In this document: piece after piece, positions 21,857 to 33,680 of the stretch
Layout of the letters: each line of letters starts with the position of its first letter
How positions within the stretch are numbered: the first letter of the stretch is position 1
Assembly: GCA_034226945.1 (NCBI GenBank)
Contig: CP120456.1
Coordinates: forward strand, 868,001 to 932,000
Length of the DNA stretch: 64,000 nt
Direction: 5' to 3'
DNA from: Picochlorum sp. SENEW3
Taxonomy: Eukaryota
Program-made: the position numbers and the translations under genes
The notes under the pieces: generated by a model
The model's input: only the letters and a program-made list of their open reading frames with translations
Database searches by the model: none
What the model was told of the DNA's origin: nothing

Positions 21857-24064
21857 ATGGGATCACCAACATACGTCGTAGAAGTTGCTCCCGCCAAGCC
21901 AGCTAGCAATGGGAAGCCAGCTGTTGGACCTGAATACAGGTACGTATATTATTTAGGGATACTTGGCCGTTTCGGAGCATGAATAGTGCTTGGTTGGGGT
22001 CTTTGTGGGAGGGTTTGATCCGAAGAGTCCAAGATCTGATATACAAGGCATGTATCTGCACTGAAAGGATTGATGTGTGATTATATCTGACTGTGTAGGT
22101 CAAAACTGGCGAAAGATGGGCCACCTATGATGGAAGAATGCACATCTTTGTACGACATGTTCCAGCAGTCTGCCAAAAAGTATGGAGATAATCCATGCCT
22201 GGGAGCGAGGACTGGGAAGAATGGAGAGTATGAGTGGTTGACATACAAGGAGGTGGATGAGAAGGTGGCATATTTGGGGAGTGCTATGGCTTCGATTGGC
22301 TTGGGTCCTCATGGCCGGGTTGGTGTGTATGGGGCGAATAGTCCAGAGTGGATGATGGCAATGCAGGCCTGCAATCGCATGAATTTGTACTGTGTTCCTC
22401 TATATGATACATTGGGAGAGAATGCGATTGATTACATTGTTGCTCATTCGGGTATGTGTTGTATTATATTGTATTGATGTGTGAGCTGGCATGTCATGAC
22501 ATGGCGTTTTCTCCCTGCAGAGTCCTCCTTGCTGTTTTCTCAATCCTCGAAATTGGCCATGCTGGCGAAGGCTCTTCCTGCTGTGACTCCTCAGGTTACG
22601 ACTGTTGTATATTGGGGTGGAGAGGATGCACAGGTCACTGAGGAGATTAAAGCAATGGGTGTTGCTGTGTACAGCTTTGATGAGTTCTTGAATCTTGGTA
22701 AGGAAAAGCCAGCAGATGCTAGGCCACCAAAGCCTGAGGATTTGTGTACAATTATGTATACAAGTGGTACAACGGGTGATCCAAAGGGTGTGGAGCTGAC
22801 GCATATTTCAGTCATGTCCACTGTGAAATCAATGGTGACATTCTTGGCTGAATACAGCAGAGGCTTTGATCTTCATGATGAAGTGTATCTGTCCTATTTA
22901 CCTCTCGCTCATATTTTTGATAGAGCTTCAGAAGAGATGATTTTGTACAACGGTGGCTCCATTGGATACTGGAGGGGTGACATCAAAGGTTTGGTGGACG
23001 ATATTTCTGCTCTCAAGCCAACCTTGTTTTGCGGAGTGCCAAGAGTGTTTGATCGTATTTACAGTGGTGCCTTGGAAAAGATCACCTCGTCATTTGTGAA
23101 GAAACTTTTATACAATTGGGGTTATAACAGGAAAATCCATGCACTGGATGCTGGGTATCCATTTGACAAAGCTTCTCCATTCTTTGATGCAATCATGTTT
23201 AAAAAGATTAAAGCAAAGCTTGGTGGCAGGGTCAGACTCATTGTATCAGGTGGTGCACCTCTTTCGCGCCATGTGGAAGACTTTTTGAGGGTAACAATGT
23301 GTTGTGTGGTTGTTCAAGGGTACGGACTGACAGAAACGTGTGCTGCATCATGCATTGCCACACCTCAAGTACCTTCTCAGGTGGGCACTGTTGGTCCACC
23401 TCAACCTTGCATTTCTGTTCGATTGGAGGCCGTGCCAGATATGGAGTGCGATCCAATGGCCAACCCACCACGAGGAGAGTTGTGCATCAAAGGCCCATCT
23501 GTGTTCAGTGGATATTACAAGGATGAGACAAAGACTCGAGAGGTTCTAGAGTCTGATGGCTGGTTCCACACTGGAGATATTGCAGAGATTACACCTGAAG
23601 GTGCAGTCAAAATCGTTGATCGTAAAAAGTCCATCTTCAAACTTGCTCAAGGAGAGTATGTTGCTGTCGAAAAGATTGAAGGTTGCTGCAAGAAGAATCC
23701 ATTTGTGGAACAAATCTGGGTCTATGGAAATTCACTTGAAAGTTGCTTGGTGGCCATTGTTGTTCCAAAGGAAAACCATGTCCACGAGTGGGCCAAGCAC
23801 CATGGGCATAAGAGTGCGTCATTCGAGGACATGTGCAAGTCAGACGACTTGCAGCAGGCAATCCTGAAATCCCTGACGACTACAGCAAAAGAGGAAAAAT
23901 TGAAAGGATTTGAAATCCCGAAAGCAGTCTTCATTGAAAGTGAGCTTTTTTCTGTTGAAAATGATTTGCTCACGCCAACATTCAAATCAAAGAGGCCTCA
24001 GCTTCAGAAAAAGTATCAGAGCATCATTGATGACATGTATGCTAAACTCAAGGTAGCCAAGTAG
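21857..24064 (+). CDS. LACS: Long-chain acyl-CoA synthetase (exons 21857-21939, 22099-22451, 22521-24064)
   Basis: AMP-binding IMYTSGTTGDPKGV, GYGLTE, GWFHTGDI and DRKKSIFKLAQGEY. Confidence 0.93.
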
Positions 24065-24258
24065 ATATTCAGCCTTTTTCCATTCCATTAAATTGAGGAA
24101 GCAAGTAGCTTTTTATGACATATATGTAATTCTGATGTTTACAGAGTTCTTAGAAAATTAAGAAACAAGACAATCAGATGAGGCACCGAGTGAACCGAAC
24201 AATACCGAAAGAAAGCCTGGTTCAAGTGTCGCTGGAGTACGCAAGCAGCAAACTCAAC

Positions 24259-24642
24259 TTACAACAAGAGTGGAACACACTCTCCCTCTGGGTCAGTGGT
24301 GTATCCGCTCTTGCATCTGTTGCAGAATGTCCACAACTGGGAGCACGTGTTGCAGTTCTTGTCTGCGCACTTGGCGCAGTTTCCAAAGTAATCAAGTCCC
24401 TTTCCCCTGCCACACTGATCCTGATTCTGCTGGATGCACTGCTGCTTGTTGCTGGACAGTTTGTATCCATCATCGCACTGGCCACACTTCCACTTGGCAA
24501 CCTTTCCATTCTTGTAAGTCGCCCTTGCCGATGCGCAGCAGGTGATGATGTTCTTGTTGTGTGGGCATGGGACTGCTGCAACAGCGGATAACACAGCCAT
24601 CAGGCAGGCGAGAGCCAAGATAATTCGTCCGGAGAAAGCCAT
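24259..24642 (-). CDS. Small secreted CxxC-repeat (furin-like) protein
   Basis: Clear signal peptide MAFSGRIILALACLMAVLSAVAA, followed by CGQCDDGY, CAKCADKNCNTC and CNRCKSGY. Confidence 0.75.
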   Translation of the reverse strand: MAFSGRIILALACLMAVLSAVAAVPCPHNKNIITCCASARATYKNGKVAKWKCGQCDDGYKLSSNKQQCIQQNQDQCGRGKGLDYFGNCAKCADKNCNTCSQLWTFCNRCKSGYTTDPEGECVPLLL

Positions 24643-25020
24643 GTTCAGAATAGTGCCCAAACGGAACAACTGCATCGTAAAATAATTCAATTAATCGCAT
24701 CGAAACTGTTCGATGTGAAACCGAAAGAGTATGGTTCTGGAAACACTCGACGCGGCGACGGAACGCGGCCACACAAAGTTACCACAAAGGAGCCCCGTAC
24801 CTTCAAGTAAATAAGCGATTTGACGAAAAGTTTGTAACTTTTCAATCAAAAGACCAAATATGTAACCAATCGATTTAAAACTGAGTGCGCCTCCACGGGT
24901 TGTGGGATGTAATGAAATATTCTGGAATATCCTTCAAGGGGGCGCCGGCGCCTCATATGTGCATGTTGTCATCTGTAATGTAATGCCGATACTATGTTGT
25001 ACAATACATTATATATTTAT

Positions 25021-26958
25021 TCATTGGTTTGACAAGGATACCCGGAAATCTCTTAATAAGTTTGCCTCGGGCTTTTCCAACACTAGCATGTGCATCTTCT
25101 GCACTTCATCATTGAATTCTTTCAACAATGGTACTTTTGAATTCCACAATCTGGTTCCCATGGCTTGCTGACGAATATTTGCCACAGCCATTAGCTTTAA
25201 CATACTAGTCGCAAACCATCCAGAGTATGGGGGTGCAGCGATCGAAAGAATGCCAAAAACAAGCTCACGGGAAAGCTCTGAAGCAGCATTCCTTGCCCAT
25301 GGTATTGCCCAGGAGAGCACATCGCCAATATACGTTGTCTTGCAAAGATCCACCATAATTTTCACCAACCCTGTTGCAGTGTCAATGCTCTGAGATGCAT
25401 TGCCAGCAGTCTGCAATGCATTCTTCACAAGGTGAAATACATCCCCTCGCATGCTTGGTTGCTTTTTGTTGATTGCCATCAATAGCACTAAAAACGGGGG
25501 TTCTTTATGAATATGATATGCAGAACTCCAGTAGTCTGGAGAGAGAATCCTTTTCCGCAGCAACATTAAAATTCCGCTGGCGCAGCAAGAGGCATGCTCC
25601 AGAGACATTTCTGTTGCTGATCTCTCCTCTTCTGTCAAGAAAACGTCATCCGTGGCTTTATGCGCCATTTCAATAGATGTAGAGATCGCCATTTTTGTAT
25701 CTACAAATGTTTTCTGCGCATCGAACGATTCGCAATCGTCACGTCCACCCACGGCGACGGCAAGAATATATGCATGTGCTTCTAGTGCTTCACCATGTAA
25801 TCTTTTGGATGGATTAAACAAACTCCTCAGCAGCACCTCAACCATCATTGGGTGATGCAGCAATTTCACACTTGGAATGCAATCGCTCCCTCTCGACTTG
25901 TACTGCCTGTATAATTTGATCACATCTGAAGATGGTGCAACATGACCTCCTGAGGCTGTTGCCAGAATATCTGCAATCAGAGTAGATGCTGCAAAAGATG
26001 CATCATCCGGAGGAGAGAAAAATCGAGACATTTTACAAGCAATACCATCTTTGCTTGCCATCTCCAAATCCTCACGCAATCTTTTGAATCTACATGACCA
26101 TGGCTGTGACACTGCTTCAAGCTGTGTCAAGACCTGTCGAACATGCAGATATCCAGTCACATTAGAGAAAGCTCCATGTTGAATGAGTCTGCTCAACTCC
26201 TTTAATCTCTCTGTATCATTTGTTGAAGCAATTGCTCTCAACCGCACCATCAATATGCGATGAAATACTCCAAAATAACTGGACAAATCAACTCCCTGAC
26301 TTGCAACCTCTTCATCCCTTCCAGGCTGCATGAGGATCTTTTGCACGGCAAATGTCAGCAAAAGACAATTTTGATGTCTAAAAGATAAATCATATATCAG
26401 GCTCCGGCCATCAGCGTCCTCGATCAAAGAATTGAGCCACTTTGGTGCCCCACTTCCACCAGAACTAAAAATCCCAGAAAAAATGGACGGTTTGAACTTT
26501 TCCAAAGCCAGCTGCCTCAAATACGCAGCCTCATCAAACTGATGCTTCACAGGTTTTGCTATTGATGGTTCATCATCCGTATTTGCAGCATACCGAGCCC
26601 CCTCCTCCTCCTCCTGATCCTCCTCCTCAACAAAGCGCAACCAACTGCACAACAACGACCCCATCTGTGCATAGCCGACATACCCATCACTCAAATACTC
26701 GATCGCCTGGGAAGCATTTCCATTCTGCCGAAGATACTCTCCAAGCGTAGACAATACCCCTGGCTCTAGAACGGCATCCGTTTTCCTAAGAGCAACTTCT
26801 AATTCGTTCAGCACGTGTGCAGCCGAGTCATTCCCGGCACCATCTCCACTAGTAGTTGGATTCGTATCTTGACCATTATTCTGTCGATCAGGGACCGAGC
26901 TACGATCACTCTCCTCCGAAAACACTGGCATGTCGCCAGCAGATATGGACCCTGACAT
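25021..26958 (-). CDS. NELFCD: Negative elongation factor C/D (TH1-like) homolog
   Basis: DAVLEPGVLSTLGEYL..GNASQAIEYLSDGYVGYAQMGSLLCSWL, GAPKWLNSLI..RSLIYDL...NCLLL.FAVQKI and IAAPPYS match the TH1 pattern as I recall it. Confidence 0.82.
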   Translation of the reverse strand: MSGSISAGDMPVFSEESDRSSVPDRQNNGQDTNPTTSGDGAGNDSAAHVLNELEVALRKTDAVLEPGVLSTLGEYLRQNGNASQAIEYLSDGYVGYAQMGSLLCSWLRFVEEEDQEEEEGARYAANTDDEPSIAKPVKHQFDEAAYLRQLALEKFKPSIFSGIFSSGGSGAPKWLNSLIEDADGRSLIYDLSFRHQNCLLLTFAVQKILMQPGRDEEVASQGVDLSSYFGVFHRILMVRLRAIASTNDTERLKELSRLIQHGAFSNVTGYLHVRQVLTQLEAVSQPWSCRFKRLREDLEMASKDGIACKMSRFFSPPDDASFAASTLIADILATASGGHVAPSSDVIKLYRQYKSRGSDCIPSVKLLHHPMMVEVLLRSLFNPSKRLHGEALEAHAYILAVAVGGRDDCESFDAQKTFVDTKMAISTSIEMAHKATDDVFLTEEERSATEMSLEHASCCASGILMLLRKRILSPDYWSSAYHIHKEPPFLVLLMAINKKQPSMRGDVFHLVKNALQTAGNASQSIDTATGLVKIMVDLCKTTYIGDVLSWAIPWARNAASELSRELVFGILSIAAPPYSGWFATSMLKLMAVANIRQQAMGTRLWNSKVPLLKEFNDEVQKMHMLVLEKPEANLLRDFRVSLSNQ

Positions 26959-27203
26959 TTCTCCACAATCCCTCCTTCTACTGGGCAGAAATGACAAAAT
27001 ACATGAATACTTTTATTCTTATGCCTGAGATGTGGATGTTCCACGCAGCTAATGCGACCTTGTGTGTTCAAAATCCTTTGAGCCTGGGTGTTCTAATCAA
27101 GGAATACTTGACGACGACTCGATGCTACATGGAATCACTCCCATGCGTATTTTCATCCTGATTTATGTACAATTTTACATTGAAATGCCCACTGAATGCA
27201 GTC

Positions 27204-30189
27204 ATGGGCAGGGAATTGAATGCTGAGCGAGCATATAAGCTTCAACTGCTCGAGAGTTTGGTAGAGCAGCGCAGGCGAGATGGTTCTCGTTCGAGGCAGC
27301 CACGTCGTCAGATTATTGGACTGACGGATAGTGAGGAGGAAGAGGACGACGTGGAACGGGAGACGGTGCTCGGATCGAATGAGGCTGCGCAACTGCCTGT
27401 TAGTTCAGGACAAGGAGAGCGGGCTGGTGCTTCTTCGTGCAGTGATGATCTTGTACACGGGCTCGAAATTCTTAGTCTTACAGAGAAGGAGACACATGCC
27501 CCGTCCATAAGACAGGATACTGCAAGCCGGGGTGACATGTGTCAAGAAGAATGTTTGAAAATGGGGAATGAGTGTGATTTGTTGCCTGATCACATTACTG
27601 GTCGATTTTTTCCTCATCAAAAAGTTGGATTTCAATGGCTTGTTGGTCTGTACAAGGTGTCTTCGGGGGGAATTTTAGCTGATGATATGGGGCTGGGGAA
27701 GACATTCCAAGTGTCAGCATTCATCACTGCTCTGTTGAGGAATCGATTGGCTTCACGTGTGCTTGCCTTGGCACCAAAAACCCTGATTCAGGCGTGGAAG
27801 AAGGAAATTGATATATGCGGTATCTCTGATAGGACAATCGAGTACGAAGGGGATGCAAAAAGGAAAAAGCACAAGATGGAGTTGATGGTGAACAATGGTG
27901 GGGTAATGATTGCAACATACGGGATGGTGCAGCATAATGTTGAGCAGTTGAGGGGTGAGGATTGTAGTTCATATGATGAAGATGATGGTCCATTGTGGGA
28001 CGTTGTTATTATGGATGAGGGTCATAAGTTGAAGAATAGAAAGGCTCAGTTGAGAATGAAGATTGATTCTTTGCCAGCAAAGATGAGACTGGTCATCACT
28101 GGTACGCCGATTCAAAATAACTTGATGGAACTGCATTCTCTTTTTCAATTAGTCTGCCCAGAGTTGCTTGGATCTACGCGAGAATTCAAAGAAATGTTTG
28201 AGAAACCTATTGAAAAGGGTGCTGATAAGCATGCTTCCAGGAGAGAATTAGAGGAAGCTGCAATTGTGTCAGAGTCTCTACGGAAAACGTATGCACCTTA
28301 CATGTTAAGACGAACAAAAGAAGAGGTCTTTGGTAAAGCATCGAGTGAAGCGGGTTCATTGTCAAGGAAGAAGGACATTGTTGTGTGGTTGACACTCACA
28401 GAAAACCAAAGAAAGTTGTACAAGGCATTCCTGGAGTCGGAATCGGTCGCAGCGGTGTTGAATAAGACGTCTTCGGCGTTAGCATCTCTCACAGTTTTGA
28501 AAAAGATTTGCGATCATCCAGCGTTGCTTTCTGAAAATGCTCAGGATGCCATCTTAGAATCTCAAAATCAAGGGTTGAATTTTAGTGATTTAGAGACAAC
28601 AGTGAGCGTTAAAAAGTCCTTTGATGCCATGAGAGAGAGTTTTGAGTGGAAGAGCGTTTTGGAGGATATGCATGCATCAGCCTCTGAGGCATCATGCAAA
28701 AGTATTTTTGTCATGAATCTGCTTCGTCGCTTGGTGGCCCAGAATCATAGAACCTTGATTTTCAGTCAGTCGAAAGTCATGCTTGATATTTTGGAAACAG
28801 CGATTAAAGATCAAAGATGGAGATTTTGTCGAATCGATGGATCTATTGTCTCTGCTGAGGAAAGGCAAATGCGGGTTGATACTTTTCAAAACGAATCCAT
28901 CCCAGTGTTCCTGCTCACTTCTCAGGTTGGGGGGCTGGGCCTGACCTTGACCGCAGCAGATAGAGTCATGTACGATTGTTTGATATTTTGTCACTGAACA
29001 CTGATAAGAGATTCGATTGTTGTTTCTGATCTTGTCCATACATTGTGTTTGTAGAATTGTGGATCCTTCTTGGAATCCCTCTGTTGATTCACAATCAGTT
29101 GATAGAGCCTACAGGATCGGGCAGACCAAAGATGTGCTTGTGTATCGACTGATTAGCTGTGGAACCGTAGAAGACAAGATTTATAGAAAACAGGTTTTCA
29201 AGGGAGCCTTATTTCGAGCTGGAACTGAGTCAGGAGAACAAAGCAGGTATTTCTCCGTCTCAGATTTGAAGGACCTCTTTAGTCTGGATCAACAAGAAGC
29301 AAGACATAGTAGTACACAAAAGCATCTAGAAAAGCTCCATGGTCACCAACGACAGCTATCTGCGGAGATGAAAGAAGAAATAGATAGCCTAAAAGAGATG
29401 GGCCAGTTTGTTGGTGTGTCAGATCATGATTTGTTATACTCTGAGAAGGCATCCGTCCCATCTGAGATTTTATCAAAAGCTGAAGTTTTTCAATCACAGA
29501 CACCTCCTGTCAGGGCTAAGAATGTAAAGACTGGTGGGGCGTCTCGCCCCTCCAAAGCCTGGACTGGAGATGGAGATATTTCCTCCATGTTTGAGAAAGC
29601 GCTCTCTCTGACAAATAATTCATACGATTCTCACCGTATCGCCTTTGAACAGCCTACTGAAAGGTCAAAAATCCTTGCTGATTTAGAAAAACAACAGAAA
29701 CTCTTGGAAAATTCCACTCTTTTGGCTTCCCTGAGTGATCGTGGCGCAAAGATTCAACGCAAAATGGAAGAACTAGAAGAAAAGCTCAAAAGAGTTGATG
29801 ACAGTGCATCCATGATTGGGACACCCGATAATTCATCCCCGCAAGTATATCAATCAAAGGTTGCTTCACAAATTGAGACTCCGCAGATGCTTGGACGTGT
29901 GAAGGAGGAGGTGAAACAGGCAAAGCCATTGGAGCAGCATGAGATTGACCTAGGACCCAGGACATTCCAGACGAGCGTGAGCAAGGAAGGGGAAATACGA
30001 TTGAAGAATGCAGTGAAACGCAACAAAAAGGAACTGTACAATAAAGCCAAGGAACTTGAGAAACTCATCAATGAGGGTGGGCAAGGACGAAGTGAGTTGA
30101 AGAAAGAAGTCGAAGCCTTGCTCCAACGCTTTGTTAGCAGCAAGCAGGAACTCGAGCAAGAACTTCTCCGAGCAAATCATCATCAATGA
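27204..30189 (+). CDS. SNF2-family ATPase, ERCC6L/PICH/CHR24-like (2 exons; intron 28970-29054)
   Basis: [53 protein letters not shown] and DRAYRIGQ. Confidence 0.9.
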
Positions 30190-30367
30190 TATCATCTTAC
30201 ATATACGCCAACTGTATTTATGAAAACACATGAAACAAGAAAAAGAAACATGGAAAAAGTGATACATACTACATATATATGCTGGTCTCCTTGGAAATGA
30301 CCAAAAATGTCGACAAAATTGTACAAGACGACATGCATCTCTATAAAAGGCTCAAAATCATTCTCTG

Positions 30368-31399
30368 TTACGAGTCTACAAGGTCAGAAGAAGGCTCATT
30401 CTTACGCCGAAATGCTCTCAATTCATCCCTCAACCTTGCTGCTTCCTCAAAGCGCTGGTCCTCAAGCGCTGTCTCGATAGCAATCACAAGAGAAAGGGAT
30501 CTGTCTGATGCCAAGAGTTTATCAATGACATCTCGGAGTTTCGTGGCATCTTCAAAGCGCTCCTCTGCAATTGCCAATTGCAGCTGCAACTTGTGCATCA
30601 TAGTTGGGTCATTATACAATAAAATCTCCTCCTTGCACGACCTGATGATCTCATTATGCTGTTTCAGTAACGCTCTATCTGTTTCAGAGCCATGCAAGGT
30701 AAATGGACTACCACCCTGCTTTTCATGGCTCTGTCCAGGGTGAGCCATTTTAGCAGCCACATCCTTGTTCACATAAATCGGCACATGAAATCGTGCGGCC
30801 ATATTAATGGCATCCGAGGGCCGCGAATCAACATCAAATTCTTCTTCTTCAGTGTCACCCTCACCACTCAACAGGTGAATTCTTGCATGATAAATATTCC
30901 CCACGAGCGCCGTAATTCTCACCTTGGTCACTCGATATCCCATGATATCTATCAAATTTTTCAACAAATCATGTGTCCCAGGGCGAGGCAGATTTCTCTT
31001 GTGAATTTCTTTAATCAATGCACCACATTCATACTCCCCAATATACACTGGAAGAATACTGTTCTGTCCATCTTTCAACTTTAGAAAAATCACATTCCCT
31101 TGGCCCTCTGCTGTCCTCACTTCACTGATCTCTGCCTCATGGTACATACTAATATCGAATTGAGAACCATCTCCTCCAGCCTTGACCTTGAAACAATCCT
31201 GTGTACTATGGCGCCGCCCCACATACAGCCGCTTTGCATGTCCATCCCACCACCTCCACGCATCCTGACCCTTCTTGACCATCACAGCAGCCATCACCCT
31301 CCTTGTGTCTTTCAGGCACACCGTAGGACATTTTCCTACCAACGTCATCTTTGTTGTACTGAAAGCAACAGAGCAACAACGCGTCATCATATCTGTCAA
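30368..31399 (-). CDS. Bifunctional nuclease (DUF151/BBD) with two UVR (uvrB/C) domains, probably plastid-targeted
   Basis: LPVYIGEYE, RPGTHDL and DSRPSDAINMA, plus two AIAEERFEDA/ALEDQRFEEAARLRD UVR repeats. Confidence 0.87.
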   Translation of the reverse strand: MTDMMTRCCSVAFSTTKMTLVGKCPTVCLKDTRRVMAAVMVKKGQDAWRWWDGHAKRLYVGRRHSTQDCFKVKAGGDGSQFDISMYHEAEISEVRTAEGQGNVIFLKLKDGQNSILPVYIGEYECGALIKEIHKRNLPRPGTHDLLKNLIDIMGYRVTKVRITALVGNIYHARIHLLSGEGDTEEEEFDVDSRPSDAINMAARFHVPIYVNKDVAAKMAHPGQSHEKQGGSPFTLHGSETDRALLKQHNEIIRSCKEEILLYNDPTMMHKLQLQLAIAEERFEDATKLRDVIDKLLASDRSLSLVIAIETALEDQRFEEAARLRDELRAFRRKNEPSSDLVDS

Positions 31400-31484
31400 A
31401 TCAAGCTACCGCCGTTGGGAGACAAGCAAATAATAATTCTAGCCCTTGCACAAATCTTCCACAAACCCAGAGTTTTGATGTATC

Positions 31485-31795
31485 CTACAGAGAAATATAT
31501 CTACATTAAATTCCACCATGTTGTATCGTGTCCATATGCCCCAGCATGTTCCCAACTCGACAGAGTGTCGGAGGTGTCGGAATTCCAACTACTGACCCTG
31601 TCGACCCTACCATACATGCTTTCTCTGACCCATGACGTATACCCAAGAAGCCATACTCAATATAAGGCTTTAGTAGTTGGTCAGAAATGCGAGATACAGA
31701 AAAGTCGTCAAGGGTATGTTGACAGCCAGTCAGGGACTCTTGGATCCACAAGAAACACGATACTTTGTTGCACTAGAGGTCATGGTGCCACATAC
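31485..31795 (-). other. Putative long, highly structured 5'-UTR intron of the BBD nuclease gene (candidate structured RNA)
   Basis: Minus-strand AG|GTATGT donor and TTTCTCTGTAG acceptor, with five perfect 7-9 bp helices inside. Confidence 0.4.
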
Positions 31796-32156
31796 CTATA
31801 TGATATGAAATCTTTAACTCTTTTCTATGTGAATTAATGGGTCAAATGACTATGAATTAATTTTTTCACGTCAGCATGGAATCGCAAGATTTGTTGTTGT
31901 TAAATTCCTCGGGACGGAATAAAAACATTTCCCAGCAAGAAATGCTTACTGTCTATAAACATACACCACTATTGTTGAAATCAAGATTAGTATTATTTAT
32001 ATTTGATATAAGATCCCAGGTTCTGAATGGTTTGCCGTGAATCTTGGGGGATGCCTGTTTTTTTGGTGGTTGACCTGTGACAACAGTGCATGTTCTTCCT
32101 GCTTTTTCCCATGTAGCCGTGTCGAATTGATTGATGAAACAAGGAATCGATTTTTG

Positions 32157-33680
32157 ATGATGAGATGTTTCAGAATTCCTGTTTGGGTGGTTGTATTACT
32201 CGTGTCGACAATTCTGACGCTGCAAGCCCAAGGTTCCAGCAGCAAAGATGCTCACAATCTTCTTCTAGTTACAGTAGAGGATGATCATCCGGCGTTGAAT
32301 CGGGTATTTGGTGCTCTGGGTTTGAAGATAGCAAGGTCGTTCTCTCCTCGATATGCACGGGTGGCGTGTTATAGTCAACCAGGGCATGTTGTGGAGTCTC
32401 GAGTGTATCTTGGTTCGTCAGAAGAGCAGGTGCTGGATAGATTTGACCGTGGTTCGTACGAATGGTGTGGAATGGGATATATGATGAATAAAACGATGCG
32501 TCATAGTAGGAGAACGGCTCGTCGAGGAAGCACGGATGATGAAGGAAGCAGCATGGCATTATTCTGTGAGGCTACTCTTCCTGTTGTGTGCAGTCAGTGT
32601 GTTGTAGGAGTGGATGTGTTGAATGGTCGTCGAAGCCTTCTGGATGGGTATGGGTTAAAGCGGATGAAATTATTGGATAGAAATCAGGAAGGTGGGGACC
32701 AATGGCAGATTCGTGTTCAACGCCATGGAGGTGATGATGGTTCATCGTTCCAGGAAGAGTATCGCAACACGTGTATTGTGGAGGATGTGAAGCGGTTTTC
32801 TATATATAGATTAGGAATATGGGTTTTTGGTGCAGGTATTGTGTCATTTGCACCCATACTGAGCACATCGACGTCTTTCAGGCTCACTGGAGGATCCCTG
32901 GCATTTGTCATATTGTCTGGTGTATTTCTCTTGTACATTGTGTGGAAGAATGTTCCTCAGAAAAAGGCCATCCTGTCATCATTCGTGCTTTTTGGTAGTG
33001 CTTTGATTGGATGTATCAAGTTCTTTGGGATGAATATATCGTCGATATTGAGTAACCCCCTGTACTCTTTCCTTCTCGCGGCATACTTGGTTGCTAGTGG
33101 TCTCGTGGGTGCAGCAATCACATATTATTTCAATGACGAGTCGAATGAGAAGTTGAGTACGCTGTTGAAGGTAGCATTGCAAATGTTTGGGGTGTTTATC
33201 ATGTATATGAGCACGACTTCTCCTGAGGCTGCTGTGCTGTTGATTTGCTTGTGGATGGTGTACCAGAGTGGTGTGATGCCAAGGATTTGGAAGCATCGGA
33301 TAGGCAGGGGGCTGACACTGCGTGCTTCTCAGGATGTCGTCGATACTCCTGCTGAAGAAAATGGAGAATCTCCTCTTCACCCGTCAGGTATTGCCGCGAG
33401 GACTCCAGAGCCGTGGGATGGAAAATCCCCTGGCCGTTCAGAGACACCAGGTACTCCTACAGTTTTCCGTGTGTCCACAGTCACTCTTCCCCCAACGCCT
33501 GAGGATTTCACAGATACACAAAATTTGCACGAGTTAGTACAGCGAGGTAAAATTCTGAATGTGGAGACGGATAGGGCAATAGCAATCGGAAAGGGAACAT
33601 ATAATACATTGTTCATGAAAGGATATGAGGTTGATTTTGAAAAGGGAACCATTACCCCTCCAGATAAAAAGACAAGATAG
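32157..33680 (+). CDS. Nuclear envelope integral membrane protein (NEMP/TMEM194/DUF2215-like)
   Basis: Signal peptide, several TM helices including FAPILSTSTSFRLTGG...VWKNVPQKK, and an S/T-P-rich tail. Confidence 0.7.
   Translation: MMRCFRIPVWVVVLLVSTILTLQAQGSSSKDAHNLLLVTVEDDHPALNRVFGALGLKIARSFSPRYARVACYSQPGHVVESRVYLGSSEEQVLDRFDRGSYEWCGMGYMMNKTMRHSRRTARRGSTDDEGSSMALFCEATLPVVCSQCVVGVDVLNGRRSLLDGYGLKRMKLLDRNQEGGDQWQIRVQRHGGDDGSSFQEEYRNTCIVEDVKRFSIYRLGIWVFGAGIVSFAPILSTSTSFRLTGGSLAFVILSGVFLLYIVWKNVPQKKAILSSFVLFGSALIGCIKFFGMNISSILSNPLYSFLLAAYLVASGLVGAAITYYFNDESNEKLSTLLKVALQMFGVFIMYMSTTSPEAAVLLICLWMVYQSGVMPRIWKHRIGRGLTLRASQDVVDTPAEENGESPLHPSGIAARTPEPWDGKSPGRSETPGTPTVFRVSTVTLPPTPEDFTDTQNLHELVQRGKILNVETDRAIAIGKGTYNTLFMKGYEVDFEKGTITPPDKKTR

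Noticed and set aside
31500..31790. TPP riboswitch, RNase MRP or U17/snR30 identity for the structured intron
   Set aside because: Only fragments match (ATACCCTT, AGTCCC/GGGGC, ATGTTCCCA/CTACCAT). The required spacing and the other conserved elements are missing.
31100..31837. 245-aa plus-strand ORF and similar long antisense ORFs (5331-6116, 45074-45790, 56859-57581, 60928-61614)
   Set aside because: These are shadow frames antisense to clearly identified genes.
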